This document shows positions 12,401 to 23,706 of a DNA stretch of 64,000 bases, piece by piece (position 1 is the stretch's first letter; every line of letters begins with the position of its first letter). This DNA is from Phallusia mammillata. Lineage: Eukaryota. Where the stretch lies: the NCBI GenBank assembly GCA_965637545.1, contig OZ281498.1:21018001-21082000 (forward strand), written 5' to 3'. Below the pieces are notes generated by a model. The model searched no databases. It worked only from the letters and a program-made list of their open reading frames with translations, and was not told the DNA's origin. A program made the position numbers and the translations under genes.

Positions 12401-14536
12401 CAACGTTTTTTGTGATTGATATGATAGGAGACAAGCCATTATCTGCCTTGGCTTTTAAATTGGAAAACCAAATGCGTTTGAAAGTGTAGGTTTAAAGGGT
12501 CTGTCTATTGGAATACTATCAATAGCCAACCACAGTAATAGTGCACATAAAACCTTGAACACTCGTCGTCACGTAAGCTTGCCCATGTGTAACCCCCGGG
12601 TCTGTCTAGCCTGTAGCCTTTAAATTGGTTGGACCATATCGTCGCACCATTTCCGTTTAATTTCCTGATGTTAATTTTTAAAATAGCTAAATTCGGGCCC
12701 GAGGCTTAGTAGATAGAGAACACCGTGCTTGGGTTCACAAGAGTTCGCAATTTTGAACTTTAAAAACTTAAGGTTACCTGAGGTCAACGATTCCATCCAT
12801 CCAATACACCACTATGTTGCTTGTCGTTCCGCCAGGACAACTTCCCTGAATCATGACCCCCAATGCCTGGGCTTGTGGCATCCTAAACATCTTCGCCATT
12901 GCCCAACCAATAACTGTAAAAACATATTAACTTATTAGTAGGTTTCTAGGAATTTGTATTGCTTAAACAAATAATTATAATCACAATGTTTATAGATTTC
13001 GACAAGGTAACACATTAAGAATATTTTGGGAGCGGATTTTACTTCGCTGTTCACCTCTCTGCAAACCTTTCGAATTTAGATTCACATTATTGTGGATATA
13101 TTGTTCAACAATTGTTTACATCTGGATTTTGACTTTTACTGCACATATAAAAAATGTGCCTTGACACAGAAGATTATGTGATAAAATCACGCCATATTCC
13201 ATGACTAAACCTATATTACTTGTGATAAACGTGTTTTGTGGCAAACAAATATTCAATTAGGCAGATTTTGGTAACCACTGTGCCTGATTAACCGGTATTA
13301 CGTAAGACAATCCCAATTGCGCAGCAAAATACTTGTTTTAGCGGTTTTTAGGCTAACTCTCAAGACATGTTTAAGAGCTTGATGTAGCGGATTAAGTGAC
13401 TTTGATCCTATTTATTGGCAAAACTATAGCGTCGCCAATCACAAAAGTTGCAAATTAATGACCCAATTTGGTGTTAGTGTAAATTTATTAAAACATTAAG
13501 TAATCAACCTTATGAATTCAAGACATATATATTTGACATCATCCGGATCAAATATTACCATTTAGTGTTTGTTTTTTTATTAACAAGAACTTACGTGGCA
13601 CCAACAAGAGTTGCAAAAGCACGCCTGTTAAAAAAGCTTTGGGTCGTTTCAGATAATACCAAAGAGTTTTGTAATGGACAGTGCATCCGATTCCGATCAT
13701 CCCAATACCAACAACAATCCTGGAAAAAAAGAATTAAACAGAACAAAAATTAACAATCATTTTAAAGGTAACGGCTGTACTAAGTATCTTAGCCTACATC
13801 TTTTTTAAAAATTTGGGAGTCGTTGAAAACTTGGATTAGATGAAAAAAGAAAGCGCACAAATAACCTATTCTTTTAAAAGCAACAGCTTAACTATATTTT
13901 TCTAAAAAAAAATGGTTTTTAGTAAACCCTATTTTTTAATATGCTGTGCTAATACACAAATTTGTTTCGAAAACAAATTAAGCTTGGAACATTGTATGCT
14001 ATTTTGTCCAAAATTGCACATCCTTTTGTTCAAATATCATGCTTTAACTACGCATGACAATTTTGTATCAATCGGATTACAATTTAACCATTATTATCCA
14101 GAAATTACAAATCTACGAGAGCTGGCCATTGACTTGACAGAACTGCTAACAAGAGAAAAAAACTGAATATAAATTTTGTAATATATTACTCACGTGGTGG
14201 TTATGTAGATAATGGTGGTCTGTGAAAGTCCTCCACCACCAGCACTGCCATTCATGTTACCCGGCGTTGTAGCGTCTGCAAAAACGAAAAATTGTTACCC
14301 ATAGATTTAAATACGGTATATTATCTGTGAAAGTAAAAAGCTTTGGAAGTCAAAGTAAATCGTTTGTATTAAAACTTACTGCCGATAGCCATCGTTGACA
14401 TCTCAATGCTTGTTGACATCTCCATGCTCGTTGACATCTCCATGCTTGTTGACATCTCCATGCTTGTTGACATCTCCATGCTTGTTGACATGTCCATGCT
14501 TGTTGCCATCGTTGACATCTCCATGCTTGTTGCCAT
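9439..14536 (-). CDS. SLC10A2-like: SLC10-family sodium/bile-acid cotransporter, paralogue B (9 coding exons, ~399 aa)
   Basis: Exons 14536-14380, 14275-14194, 13719-13595, 12913-12778, 11279-11164, 10852-10764, 10361-10263, 10190-9972, 9615-9439 join in frame. Exon sizes 125, 136 and 99 are identical to paralogue A. Motifs [31 protein letters not shown] and EIALQNVQVA. The start Met is uncertain because of many in-frame ATGs. Confidence 0.92.
11595..11996. mobile_element. hAT-type MITE, 402 bp, in an SLC10-B intron
   Basis: TIR CACTGGCGTAGAGT / ACTCTACGCCTATG (12/14). Perfect 8-bp TSD GGTACGTG at 11587-11594 and 11997-12004. Subterminal CACCCCCGG at both ends. Confidence 0.9.
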
Positions 14537-14537
14537 C
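14394..14537 (-). repeat. 18-bp coding minisatellite encoding (MSTSME)n in the SLC10-B N-terminus
   Basis: Seven near-identical GTTGACATCTCCATGCTT units plus two 9-bp GTTGCCATC half units. On the minus strand they read MATSMEMSTMATSMDMSTSMEMSTSME..., in frame with the donor at 14379. Confidence 0.9.
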
Positions 14538-17500
14538 GTCGATATATTTAAGGGTTGTTTCACAAATACAATGAGAAAATTATACAATCACCTAATGCCT
14601 AGAAAAATAACCTATACGTTTGTCAAGGGTCCTGTCCGTGGTTCCGGCAGACGTAAAATGGTGAAGGGCCCTGATATTTCCCCAGCCAAGAAATGCTTTG
14701 GGGGCAACTTTAAACAGTTTGTTGTTGTTCGTAACATAAAGGGCCTTCTATTAACGATTTTATGTCTGCTATCATTTGCTGAAAAAAGCTTGTTACTTTT
14801 AACGATAATGCAAGCCAATATATCATGGGCATTCATTGCTCCTTCGTACCAACGCATTCATAGACATCTGTTATTACCCCACAAGACGTGTTGTTATAGC
14901 GAGTTCATGTACTGAAACAATTCGCTCTTGACTTACAAGCTGAATATCACCTCGTTCCGGAACACAGCTTTGTAAGAACAGCGTTTTGCTGGAAATACAA
15001 CGGGAGGTACTTGTTGCCTGCTGAAAAGGCGCAATCGTGAAATTAGGTACTTTAGTGTTAGAAAGACATGGGCACTATGCAAATAAAATTGGCACTAAAA
15101 CAGCTGTAAAGCAATCGCACCATTCTACGTCTGTCTAGGCCGGACTTGATTTCCATAAAATTACCTTAATTTTACTTTTAAAATCGTAGGTCTTGCATGA
15201 ACTGAGTTTTTATGCACAAGCGTTTTTGCTGCCAAAATCGTAGGCCCTAAAAGAAGTTTTGGACTGGCAAATTGTTGATGTACAAAATCTAATCCAATAC
15301 AGTTACGCATCTTGTTAAAGGCTATGACCGTCGTAGGTCGGCGTTTCAATAAATACACGTTTACGAAGATGTACTCCTTGTCTTACGTCGTGCATTTCTC
15401 AGAACTACTTTTCTTGTGGCCACGTGGAATTTTGGGCGAACTACGAATTTTGACCACTAAATCGTATGACTAACACGCACTTTATGAGAAAAGCTCTAAA
15501 CAGTCGGTTGTTGACCTGATCACAGAGCCACTTATAATTAGAAATGTTTAATATTTTTATATGTAGAGTGTTTGTAATAAGTAAGATCTATTTCGTTTAC
15601 GGGCAATGTGGTTATCGATGATCAGGTCTAACGTAAAATTAGGGATTGTGAAACCAGTATCATACGTTGTCCAATTTAAATAGAACAAGAAACATCTAAT
15701 TGGGCGAAACAGATAACCTTCTTCTATATTTTACATCGATCTTTTATTCTGTTTTGGTGCGATGACCAACATTCAGCTGTTTTTAACTTAAATCGTTGTA
15801 GGATACGCTTACATTATTTAAAATTCTAAAACTTTCGCTCTTAAAATAATGATGATCGCTGTACAAACAAACCAAATTGTTGAAATGTGACTGAATGTTT
15901 GAAAATAAAAAAGAATCAATATGTGATAAAAGGTTGCGCCTGTTTAAGCCCATTTGGGCAAAAAAATGCAACTTAATTAAAATAAAATAAGCTGGTATAC
16001 AATCGTTTTGTTTTCATTTGCCATAACGTGACCTGGTAGTTATCAAGACGCCACCTCTATTCTAAAGCGGTTTTCGGGACGGCATTCAGCAACTGGCCGA
16101 AAATCGTTTCAAATTGCATGACAAAAATGTTAGAATAGCCTGAAGCAGCAAAGCTTTAACGTACCGTAAACAGACGAGCGATGTGAAATGCGAAAGTATT
16201 TGGCGCCGAATCAATACTTTCACAGCGCACTTGATGGCTTTTATTCGATCAGGCTTGTGATGTATATATACTCTCACACACGTTTTTTATTTAGACATCT
16301 GGACCAGGGGTCGTCACTGACGTTGACGATGATAAGTAATAGGCCTAACAATTAGAAAAACCTCTTGGCATTCGAAAAATATTTTTAGTTTTACTAGATT
16401 ATAAAACACCTAAAAACGTTTGACTTAGGTATTTTCACTAGTGTAGGCTACCCCGAGCAGAAACAAAAGACCCTTTGGCGTATTAGACAGCCGTAAATAT
16501 AGGCACTAGGCTACGATTGCCAACTAAGGCTTACCTGCACCGACTGAAAATTAAATGCTAAAAGCCGTTTCTTTCAACACATATAGTTGGTTAACGCTTC
16601 CTACTATTCAGAATGTTTTCGAATGTTTCTCAATTTAAAACATAGCGTCTACTTAACTACAAAGTAACCGTTTCTTACATATATACCAGTGTATGCATTT
16701 CTTTTATACTGTCAGTTTAAAAAAAACTTTAAAATGTTTTCACAATACACATGTTCCTTGGTCATTATCGTGTTCAACTATAGTCTGTCTAATCTAATGC
16801 GTTTTAGTCTCCCTGGCATAAAATGTGTTTACTACTTGCTGATGCACCACATTTTTTTCTTTTGCAGTCAAACGTAACGCACGCGAACCTTTTTATTTTT
16901 AGAACTGGCTATGTAATTGATGCTGAAACCTCTTTTTACGTTTAAGTTGCTAAGGTGTAAACAGCACTTTACTAAGTGTTTCTTTTTTATGTTGAAAATC
17001 ACCAACAACTAACTATTACCAGCATGTTATGCAAATTTAACCGCCCAAATCTACTAATCCACAGAAAACTTTACTTTCAGCAGCGTATTTGACCAAATAT
17101 TTTTGAGATAATTTAACATTGTTTACAACAGATTTTAAGCATTGTTACTCCAGCAGGTCCCAACATAAAGCTTAATTTTTAACTTAATCAATACTTTGCG
17201 TTGCAGCGTTCAGTAATACCCAAAATTCAGGTATAAAAAACTGCGTTTCAAACTTCAGAAGATACTGGGTCGGTCCCTTTTCAAGAACCTCCGTGCCCCT
17301 AAACTGATTCAACAAATACTGTTCTCCATCTTTTCACTCTTATCAGCAACAATGGAACCAGAAACCTCTGACATCAAACTGATGACCACTTTATTTACAT
17401 CACTTGGTGAAAAGGGGCAAATATTATTGCATTAAAAAAGCTTTTCATTCTAGGCTTATCTCTCACAAACAACTGATGGTTATCTGCACATGACTGCTCG

Positions 17501-18607
17501 TTTGAAGCAGTCCAAAAGTGATTCGTGCAAATATAGAAATGACAATATTTCAGTGTAAAATGTAATTTATAAACAGCTCCAAAATGAATGTAGCATTCAA
17601 CATTTTTTCACATTTTAAGCCCACTTTACAAAATTTAATAAGAAATTTTAGTAGATATAATCCTAAGAAGCTATTCGATGCGTTTGAGGCAGCACAACTA
17701 TCCAACATACCAAAATTTCTACGCCTATAGTTTACTAGATGACTATGCTTGAGGCAGTGCCTCTAATCAATCAGGCTTACATTTGGACAGTGGCTCTAGC
17801 TAAAATTGCCCAAATAGCCTACGGACCATTGCCCCTCCAGCGATGTCTAGATAGAGAGAATGACTTAAAAGTGTGCAAACCGTATGAAAAATTTTCACCT
17901 GGAACTGTGTCAACGAAACGGACTGACCTCCGTCACGTTTTGAAAAATAGGTCAGTTGTGACGGTCGTTGCCTAACAACTAAAATGGAAATGTAAGGTAT
18001 AGCCTGCAACAGTTTTAAACCGGTAGCCACAACAGTTTAATTTCTTGCACCTAGAAAAAATATAAAAATTAACACAATCAAATCAATAGAAGGAAAAAAA
18101 TTCAACCAACGGTAAAAAACATGTGTAGGCCTACTCCAGTTTCCCGTAGGCTCAATATCGTTTCGGGCAGTTATAAGGTACTCGGTTAATTCATGGTTAG
18201 TCGGCGAACAAGCTCTAAAACAGAATTATGTCGTTGGGTTTAGCCTAATCTCTTATAACAACACCTAAATTCCCCAATTTATATATGGTAATACTTTTGT
18301 TACAGTAAAATTTGTCCAAATTAACAGTGAATTGTTTTTTCATTGGTCAAACTTTATATTTTACTGTCATTTTGATTATGCCAATTATCTAGTGGCTTTG
18401 CCATATACGACACAAACATGCACGTCAAGTATTGATTGTTGTTTGATCCAACCACACGAAGCACAAATCATACCCCTTTTTAAAAACGATATAAAAAATC
18501 ACAATCCTTCAAAAAATCACAAGTCTTTGAAATTCTCCTTTTACATACTACACCCAAGGCGACTTTTAAATGGGTGCTTTGTCGATTGCATGGCCACTAA
18601 ACCGTAA

Positions 18608-20129
18608 GTGCTCTGCACACCAGACGCGGTTGACGGTGGCGGCTAGCGATGTCAGCGCCGGCGGTTGTTGGCGGATTTTGCGCGTAACGTTTGACGCGAC
18701 GTTGGCCCTTCACACCGGCAGTGCGGTTGCCGTCGACTACTTTTGTTGCTAAGAAAACTGGGTCAATGTACTTGACATATTGAGTGTTTCTACGTCTTAA
18801 GAAAGTTGCTACAAAACTCCGTTTAGTTTATTTTGTGACAAAATATAATGTTGATCATCATTCCACGGTAAAATGTTTCCAAAAACAATTACAACAGCAA
18901 CATTGGATTAAGTTTACTTCTGTCATTGCTGTTGAAACACACTTTCCTGTTTTACAGACACTTTATGTTTCAAAGTTGGTAATATAATAGCAATAACATA
19001 AATGAACACATTTTAGAAAACACAAGATTGCAGAAACGCAAAGAAAACAATCATATAACAACATACAAAAAGCTTAAATGTAAAAAGATACATTTACATT
19101 AAACTTGCACATTGTTGCACAATTACAATGATGCTAAATGTTGTCAAATGCGAGAAAAAAACTTGTATTCTTTGGCTTGTGGCATACTTTTCTGAAGTTT
19201 GTAACTTCATCAATTTGATCTGTGATGTTAGATGAGGTTTTTATTGGGAATTTGCTTTCCAAGTCTGACAAACATGTCACAAATTCATATCTTGAACTCT
19301 ATGGAAATATATATGGAACAGTTGATCGGCAGAAACTACATTTTTATTCAAGTATACCAACCTGGAAATTCATATATAACATTTTCTTTTCTTGCCATGA
19401 AGTTTATTGAACAGGTGCACTGGAGTTGCTGAATCAGTCATAGACATGTAGATTAGTAAAAGTTCCTACACTTCTGCAACAAATCATAGTTGTTAAAGGA
19501 GCAATACATTTAGAACTTATAACAAAACTCACCTACGCATAGGCTCATATGAATAGTGATTCCATCCTGGTAAGATTTCAACAGCAGCACCTCTCTTGTA
19601 CTTTTCTTTTTGCAAAGTAGTGATTAGATAATTACAAAATCATTTCGAAAAAAACCCAAGACTTAACAAAAAGCTGTGAATAGAAGTTCTTTAAACCACT
19701 GGTAAGAAAATTTTCGTATGTTTGTGTTCAGTATTTAATTTCAAACTGTTTAAACGACCATTTCAAACTAATTTACTAAAAACAGACAAAAAACAATTAA
19801 AACAAGACAATTTGTACCAATACTATCAGTACTTCATTCTCATTTTCTTGGTAAAAACGATAAAACAACCCACCTACAAACAAAAAGACCTAAATCAAGC
19901 AGAAATGTATCTTAAACAAGTCGAGCACCCGCCGAATACCGAGTTTTTCATCCAGCAGTCTAGCGCGCGACGGAAAAGTTAAATCCGATTTAACTTTGCC
20001 GTCAGCCGTTTCAACCGAGAAAATCACGCCGTCACGGCAAGTCGCTGTCTGGTGTGAATACCCCGTCGCTTGCCGTCGAACGCAAAAACGCGTCGCTATC
20101 CGCCAACTGCGTCTGGTGTGAATCTTGCT
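18608..20129. mobile_element. Putative non-autonomous PIF/Harbinger-like element (~1.5 kb)
   Basis: CACACCAGACGCGGTTG (18616) and CAACTGCGTCTGGTGTG (20104-20120) are inverted. GC-rich subterminal regions carry internal re-iterations of the CACACC motif. Flanks are TAA and TTA. The superfamily call is by TIR resemblance only. Confidence 0.6.
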
Positions 20130-20640
20130 TTAGCGATTTTTTGTGCGACAGAAATTTCCCGCTTACAAAAACAGTTTGCCCGCACGCAAGTCGGTTAAGA
20201 TTGCAATTTGCTGTCACATGTTTGAAGCGTCTGTTTTAAAATAGCCACCTATTGCGGCTGTGTGATGTCAGAAAAGCTTAAGTTTCACAGCCAATGAGCT
20301 ATGCACATAGAGACACCGCCCCCTTTTAACCTGCAACTTGTGGTGTGGTGATAAAACCATTAAAACAGGTGTAGCACAGCAACCTTTTCAAAATATATTT
20401 CCTAAAGACCTTAAATAACTGCTTCCCAGCCAGTATGTGTTTCGTTTTGTTTTAGTTTAATCAGCGTGTGGCCCCCAATTGCAATTACCCTCGTAATAGA
20501 AACGACAATTTGAAGTATACAGTAGGATTTACTAGGTATAACATATATATATATATATTTTTAAATGAATTCCAAAGAATTTTTTTTAATGTGTCACCCA
20601 AGTAAGTTGCTAGACCCGAAGACCCAAAACAAGTAGACCT

Positions 20641-20875
20641 AAAATAAATTGACACTCGTGCCTAGTTCTATTCTAAACTGTTAATCTCAAGTTTCCTGGA
20701 AATTTTGCATGCTCCGTTGGGCGCACGTAGGCACTTTGCATTTTCCCTTATGTTAAAAACAAAAATAAATTGACACTCGTGCCTAGTTCTATTCTAAACT
20801 GTTGATCTCAAGTTTGCTGGAAATTTTGCATGCTCTGTTGGGCGCAAGTAGGCGCTCCGCATTTTCCCTTATGTT
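20641..20875. repeat. Tandem duplication, period ~121 bp, two copies
   Basis: AAAATAAATTGACACTCGTGCCTAGTTCTATTC... starts at 20641 and 20762, with scattered substitutions. Confidence 0.9.
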
Positions 20876-20901
20876 TATAGTCTGCAACACTACTCCTTAA
20901 A

Positions 20902-21036
20902 GGGCAGGAACTTGGCCGAATGGCCTGGCGCGCCTGACCCATATACAGACATAAAAAACCTGATCGGGATTCGTCCCCGGGAGGTTCCTGGGTTCGAACC
21001 CCGTGAAGAAAAAAAAAACAAAAAAAAAAAAAAAAA
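20902..21036 (+). mobile_element. Young tRNA-derived SINE / tRNA retroposon with poly(A) tail
   Basis: A box TGGCCGAATGG, B box GGTTCGAACCC, ~28-nt A-rich tail, perfect 16-bp TSD AACACTACTCCTTAAA (20886-20901, 21037-21052). No acceptor-stem closure, so not a functional tRNA. Confidence 0.9.
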
Positions 21037-22925
21037 AACACTACTCCTTAAAAAATGAAAAACATACCAACTCATATTCTTAACTTGCCATGTCTGTTTT
21101 TAAAGAATTGTCGCTACAACTGTCTTTGACAATGTTTTTAAACAATGTTATTAGGTTATTAGGCACGTATTTATGCGCAAAAACACCACACTATACATAA
21201 GATTTTAGTGGTATTCTAATGGCATTTTAGCCGCCTAGTTTTACTATCACTGAGTTGTAACTAAATGCACATTTTATGTCCAACTGCAGAGAACTGCTCT
21301 TGTGCATCGAAACCTTGTCACGATTTTACGCACGAAATATTTTAAATCGAATTAGACTTTTCATTTGACTGCTAACGGTCTGCATGTTTTGGCACGCTTT
21401 CGCCAAAAAACGGGTTTGGTTGCCCACTCGCTACATTTTATGACAACTGGGAACTATAAGCCTGTTTGGCATTTTGTGAGACTTTCACCCTCAAACGGGT
21501 AAATGATAACGACGTATAAATTCAAATTCTGCGTGAAAATCTGTTGTCAATTTTACATGCGTAAGTTGCAGATGCACAGCCTGTCACCGGCGATGCTCAT
21601 TTACACTGTAACCAATAGAATATGTAGTTTTTTGCTGGATGTTGTTTCTAAAAACACGTCTAAATGGATTTGGGCAGACGAAAAAAATAAGCGAAAAGGA
21701 TATAACAAACCCAGTAGACCGTCAAGCTACTACATTTTTTCGCATGCCTAATGTTGGATGACAATGCAAAGTGAATAGCAACTTATGCATAATAATGTGG
21801 TGGTGCCATAAAATTACAAATGATCAACTTCACCAAGCAAGTTTACTGAAGGCATTATGATGTTTTTATGACTGCTCAGTAAATGGTTAACTTTTATCTA
21901 CATGGAAAAAAGTTCGGCATCAATGTGGTCCGTAAAACACGAGTAGATATATTTGTCCATTTTTGCAACAGTAATTTCTGACAAAAACATGGACAAGGCG
22001 ACGCCCGCTGGTGAAATTGGGACCTGTGGTGCATTTGCCAACAGGTTAAGCACCCCAGCTATGCTAGGTACGAAATTGGCTTCCAGTACTTTGCTTTGCT
22101 AGAAAGTCCATAATAATGTTTATTCGGGTTAAACACTGCGCAGAATTCGGGCAAGTTAAGAACTGCCGCCTTATTAAGTTTGCACCCCTGCGTATAAGCA
22201 CCTTGACGACAAAATGTAAACAGAAAACCCTATTCGTAGCGTTAATCCCCCTAAAAACAGCTGTTCTTTATCGTACAGCGACACATACATACCCCCTACA
22301 TGTTTTAGCATAAACAGTGTGTCGAAATTAAAGTATCGAACCACTCGTATTCAATTACAACTTATACGAGCCGCAATTGTCCTTTCAAACTCTTTGTTAA
22401 GTCGAGAATACCTTTAAATGTTTGCCCTATTGTGACGTATAATAGGGCGGTAGTGTTACGAGACAATCGGCCGGTATCGTTTGTACAAGTGCCTTGGAGA
22501 GGTACTCGATACAACTATTATAGTCAGCTAGGTCCAGCTACTGTGTTTTTACCAGACAGTCCATTTCTTATCATCAGTTTTTGGGTAAAAATGTATCTTT
22601 AGTCAGTTTAATAAACCAGTTTTTTATGCAGAAACGTAGCATTCATGAAGCTTATGCAGTAGGTGGTTAAGTGGAGTCTCAAACCGGTTTTAGGCATTAA
22701 TTTAGCTTGAAAAGCTTGTTTGGCAACTGTCTGTTTGAAGTGGTAACTTCTTTTAAGGCTTAGTTGACATCAAAATTGCGCTCCAAAAATGTATGTATTT
22801 CTATTTCTCAAAAACTTAATGCTGATAAAGTTGAACGTTGTTGAAAGGACCGATATTTTTCAGTATTGCACTTATTACATTGGTTGTATGTGAAAACCAA
22901 ACCAGCGTAAATTTCTGTTTTTGAG

Positions 22926-22976
22926 GGTTAAATTTAATGTCGTACAACTGTACAACAAACGACATTAAATTTAGCC
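22926..22976. repeat. Inverted repeat / hairpin (18-bp stem with one G-T, 15-nt loop)
   Basis: GGTTAAATTTAATGTCGT ... ACGACATTAAATTTAGCC. Confidence 0.7.
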
Positions 22977-23501
22977 ACAGATATAGTGGTTACGGCACAA
23001 GCGTTGCTGAGCTTTGTTACCAAGCAATATCAAATCGCTCCATACTATACAATAGAAAAGGACAATAAACGCAACAAAAGGCTCAGTGACGTTGCAAAGG
23101 CGCTGGAACAACAATACAATTGCTGTGTGGTGCTACTTGATAATTTATGAGATGCTTTGGGAGCAATATTTACGATGTGGGAATCGCAGTTTTAAAGCAA
23201 ATATGGAAAACAAGTTAGATCAACAGCTAGCTCACAAAGTCTGACAATTATTAACAAAGTGTAGTGCTTTCGTGTGCTGTTTCGAGTGTGATGTGGTATT
23301 TCGGTATACATCTTGCCGCAAGAAAAAATGCCAAAGAACGGTTAAAAATAGCTGTTTTCAAGAAAAAAAACTCAGAAAGATATTGAGTTACATGACTGAC
23401 ATCCAATCAGTGGTTAAAAACAAGTTTTGTGTTGGGGTCATTTTAAGCATTTAAACGTAGCCAGACAGAAAAATGTGTCTTATTAGGAATGCATGTTCTC
23501 T

Positions 23502-23515
23502 ATTACCGTGGCAAC
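23502..23515 (+). promoter_or_regulatory. RFX X-box-like motif upstream of RGS22
   Basis: ATTACCGTGGCAAC versus consensus GTTRCCATGGYAAC (12/14), ~190 bp before the ATG. RFX control of ciliated-cell genes is established; function here is inferred. Confidence 0.5.
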
Positions 23516-23706
23516 GTATGTAACAGTTCAAATAACCAACCCTCTTTTGCAATTTTACGGTGTTTTTAATTGGCAATTTCTTAGGGCGCAATCTATGCTG
23601 CCGACAGCGTGATTGTGATTGATTGCGTTTTAAGAAACACGTGCTTTGCCGCAAGCACATCGAGATTCCCACTCGGCTTAATGACACGAAGTTACCATTG
23701 TGAATT

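Noticed and set aside
14406-14915. 169-aa plus-strand ORF with MLVDIS repeats
   Set aside because: It is the antisense reading of the SLC10-B 18-bp repeat; the minus frame has the in-phase splice donor.
245-22240. Shared peptide PL..ISTLTTK in ORFs 245-493 and 22116-22313
   Set aside because: A 7-residue match among this many ORF positions is within chance, and the flanks do not align.
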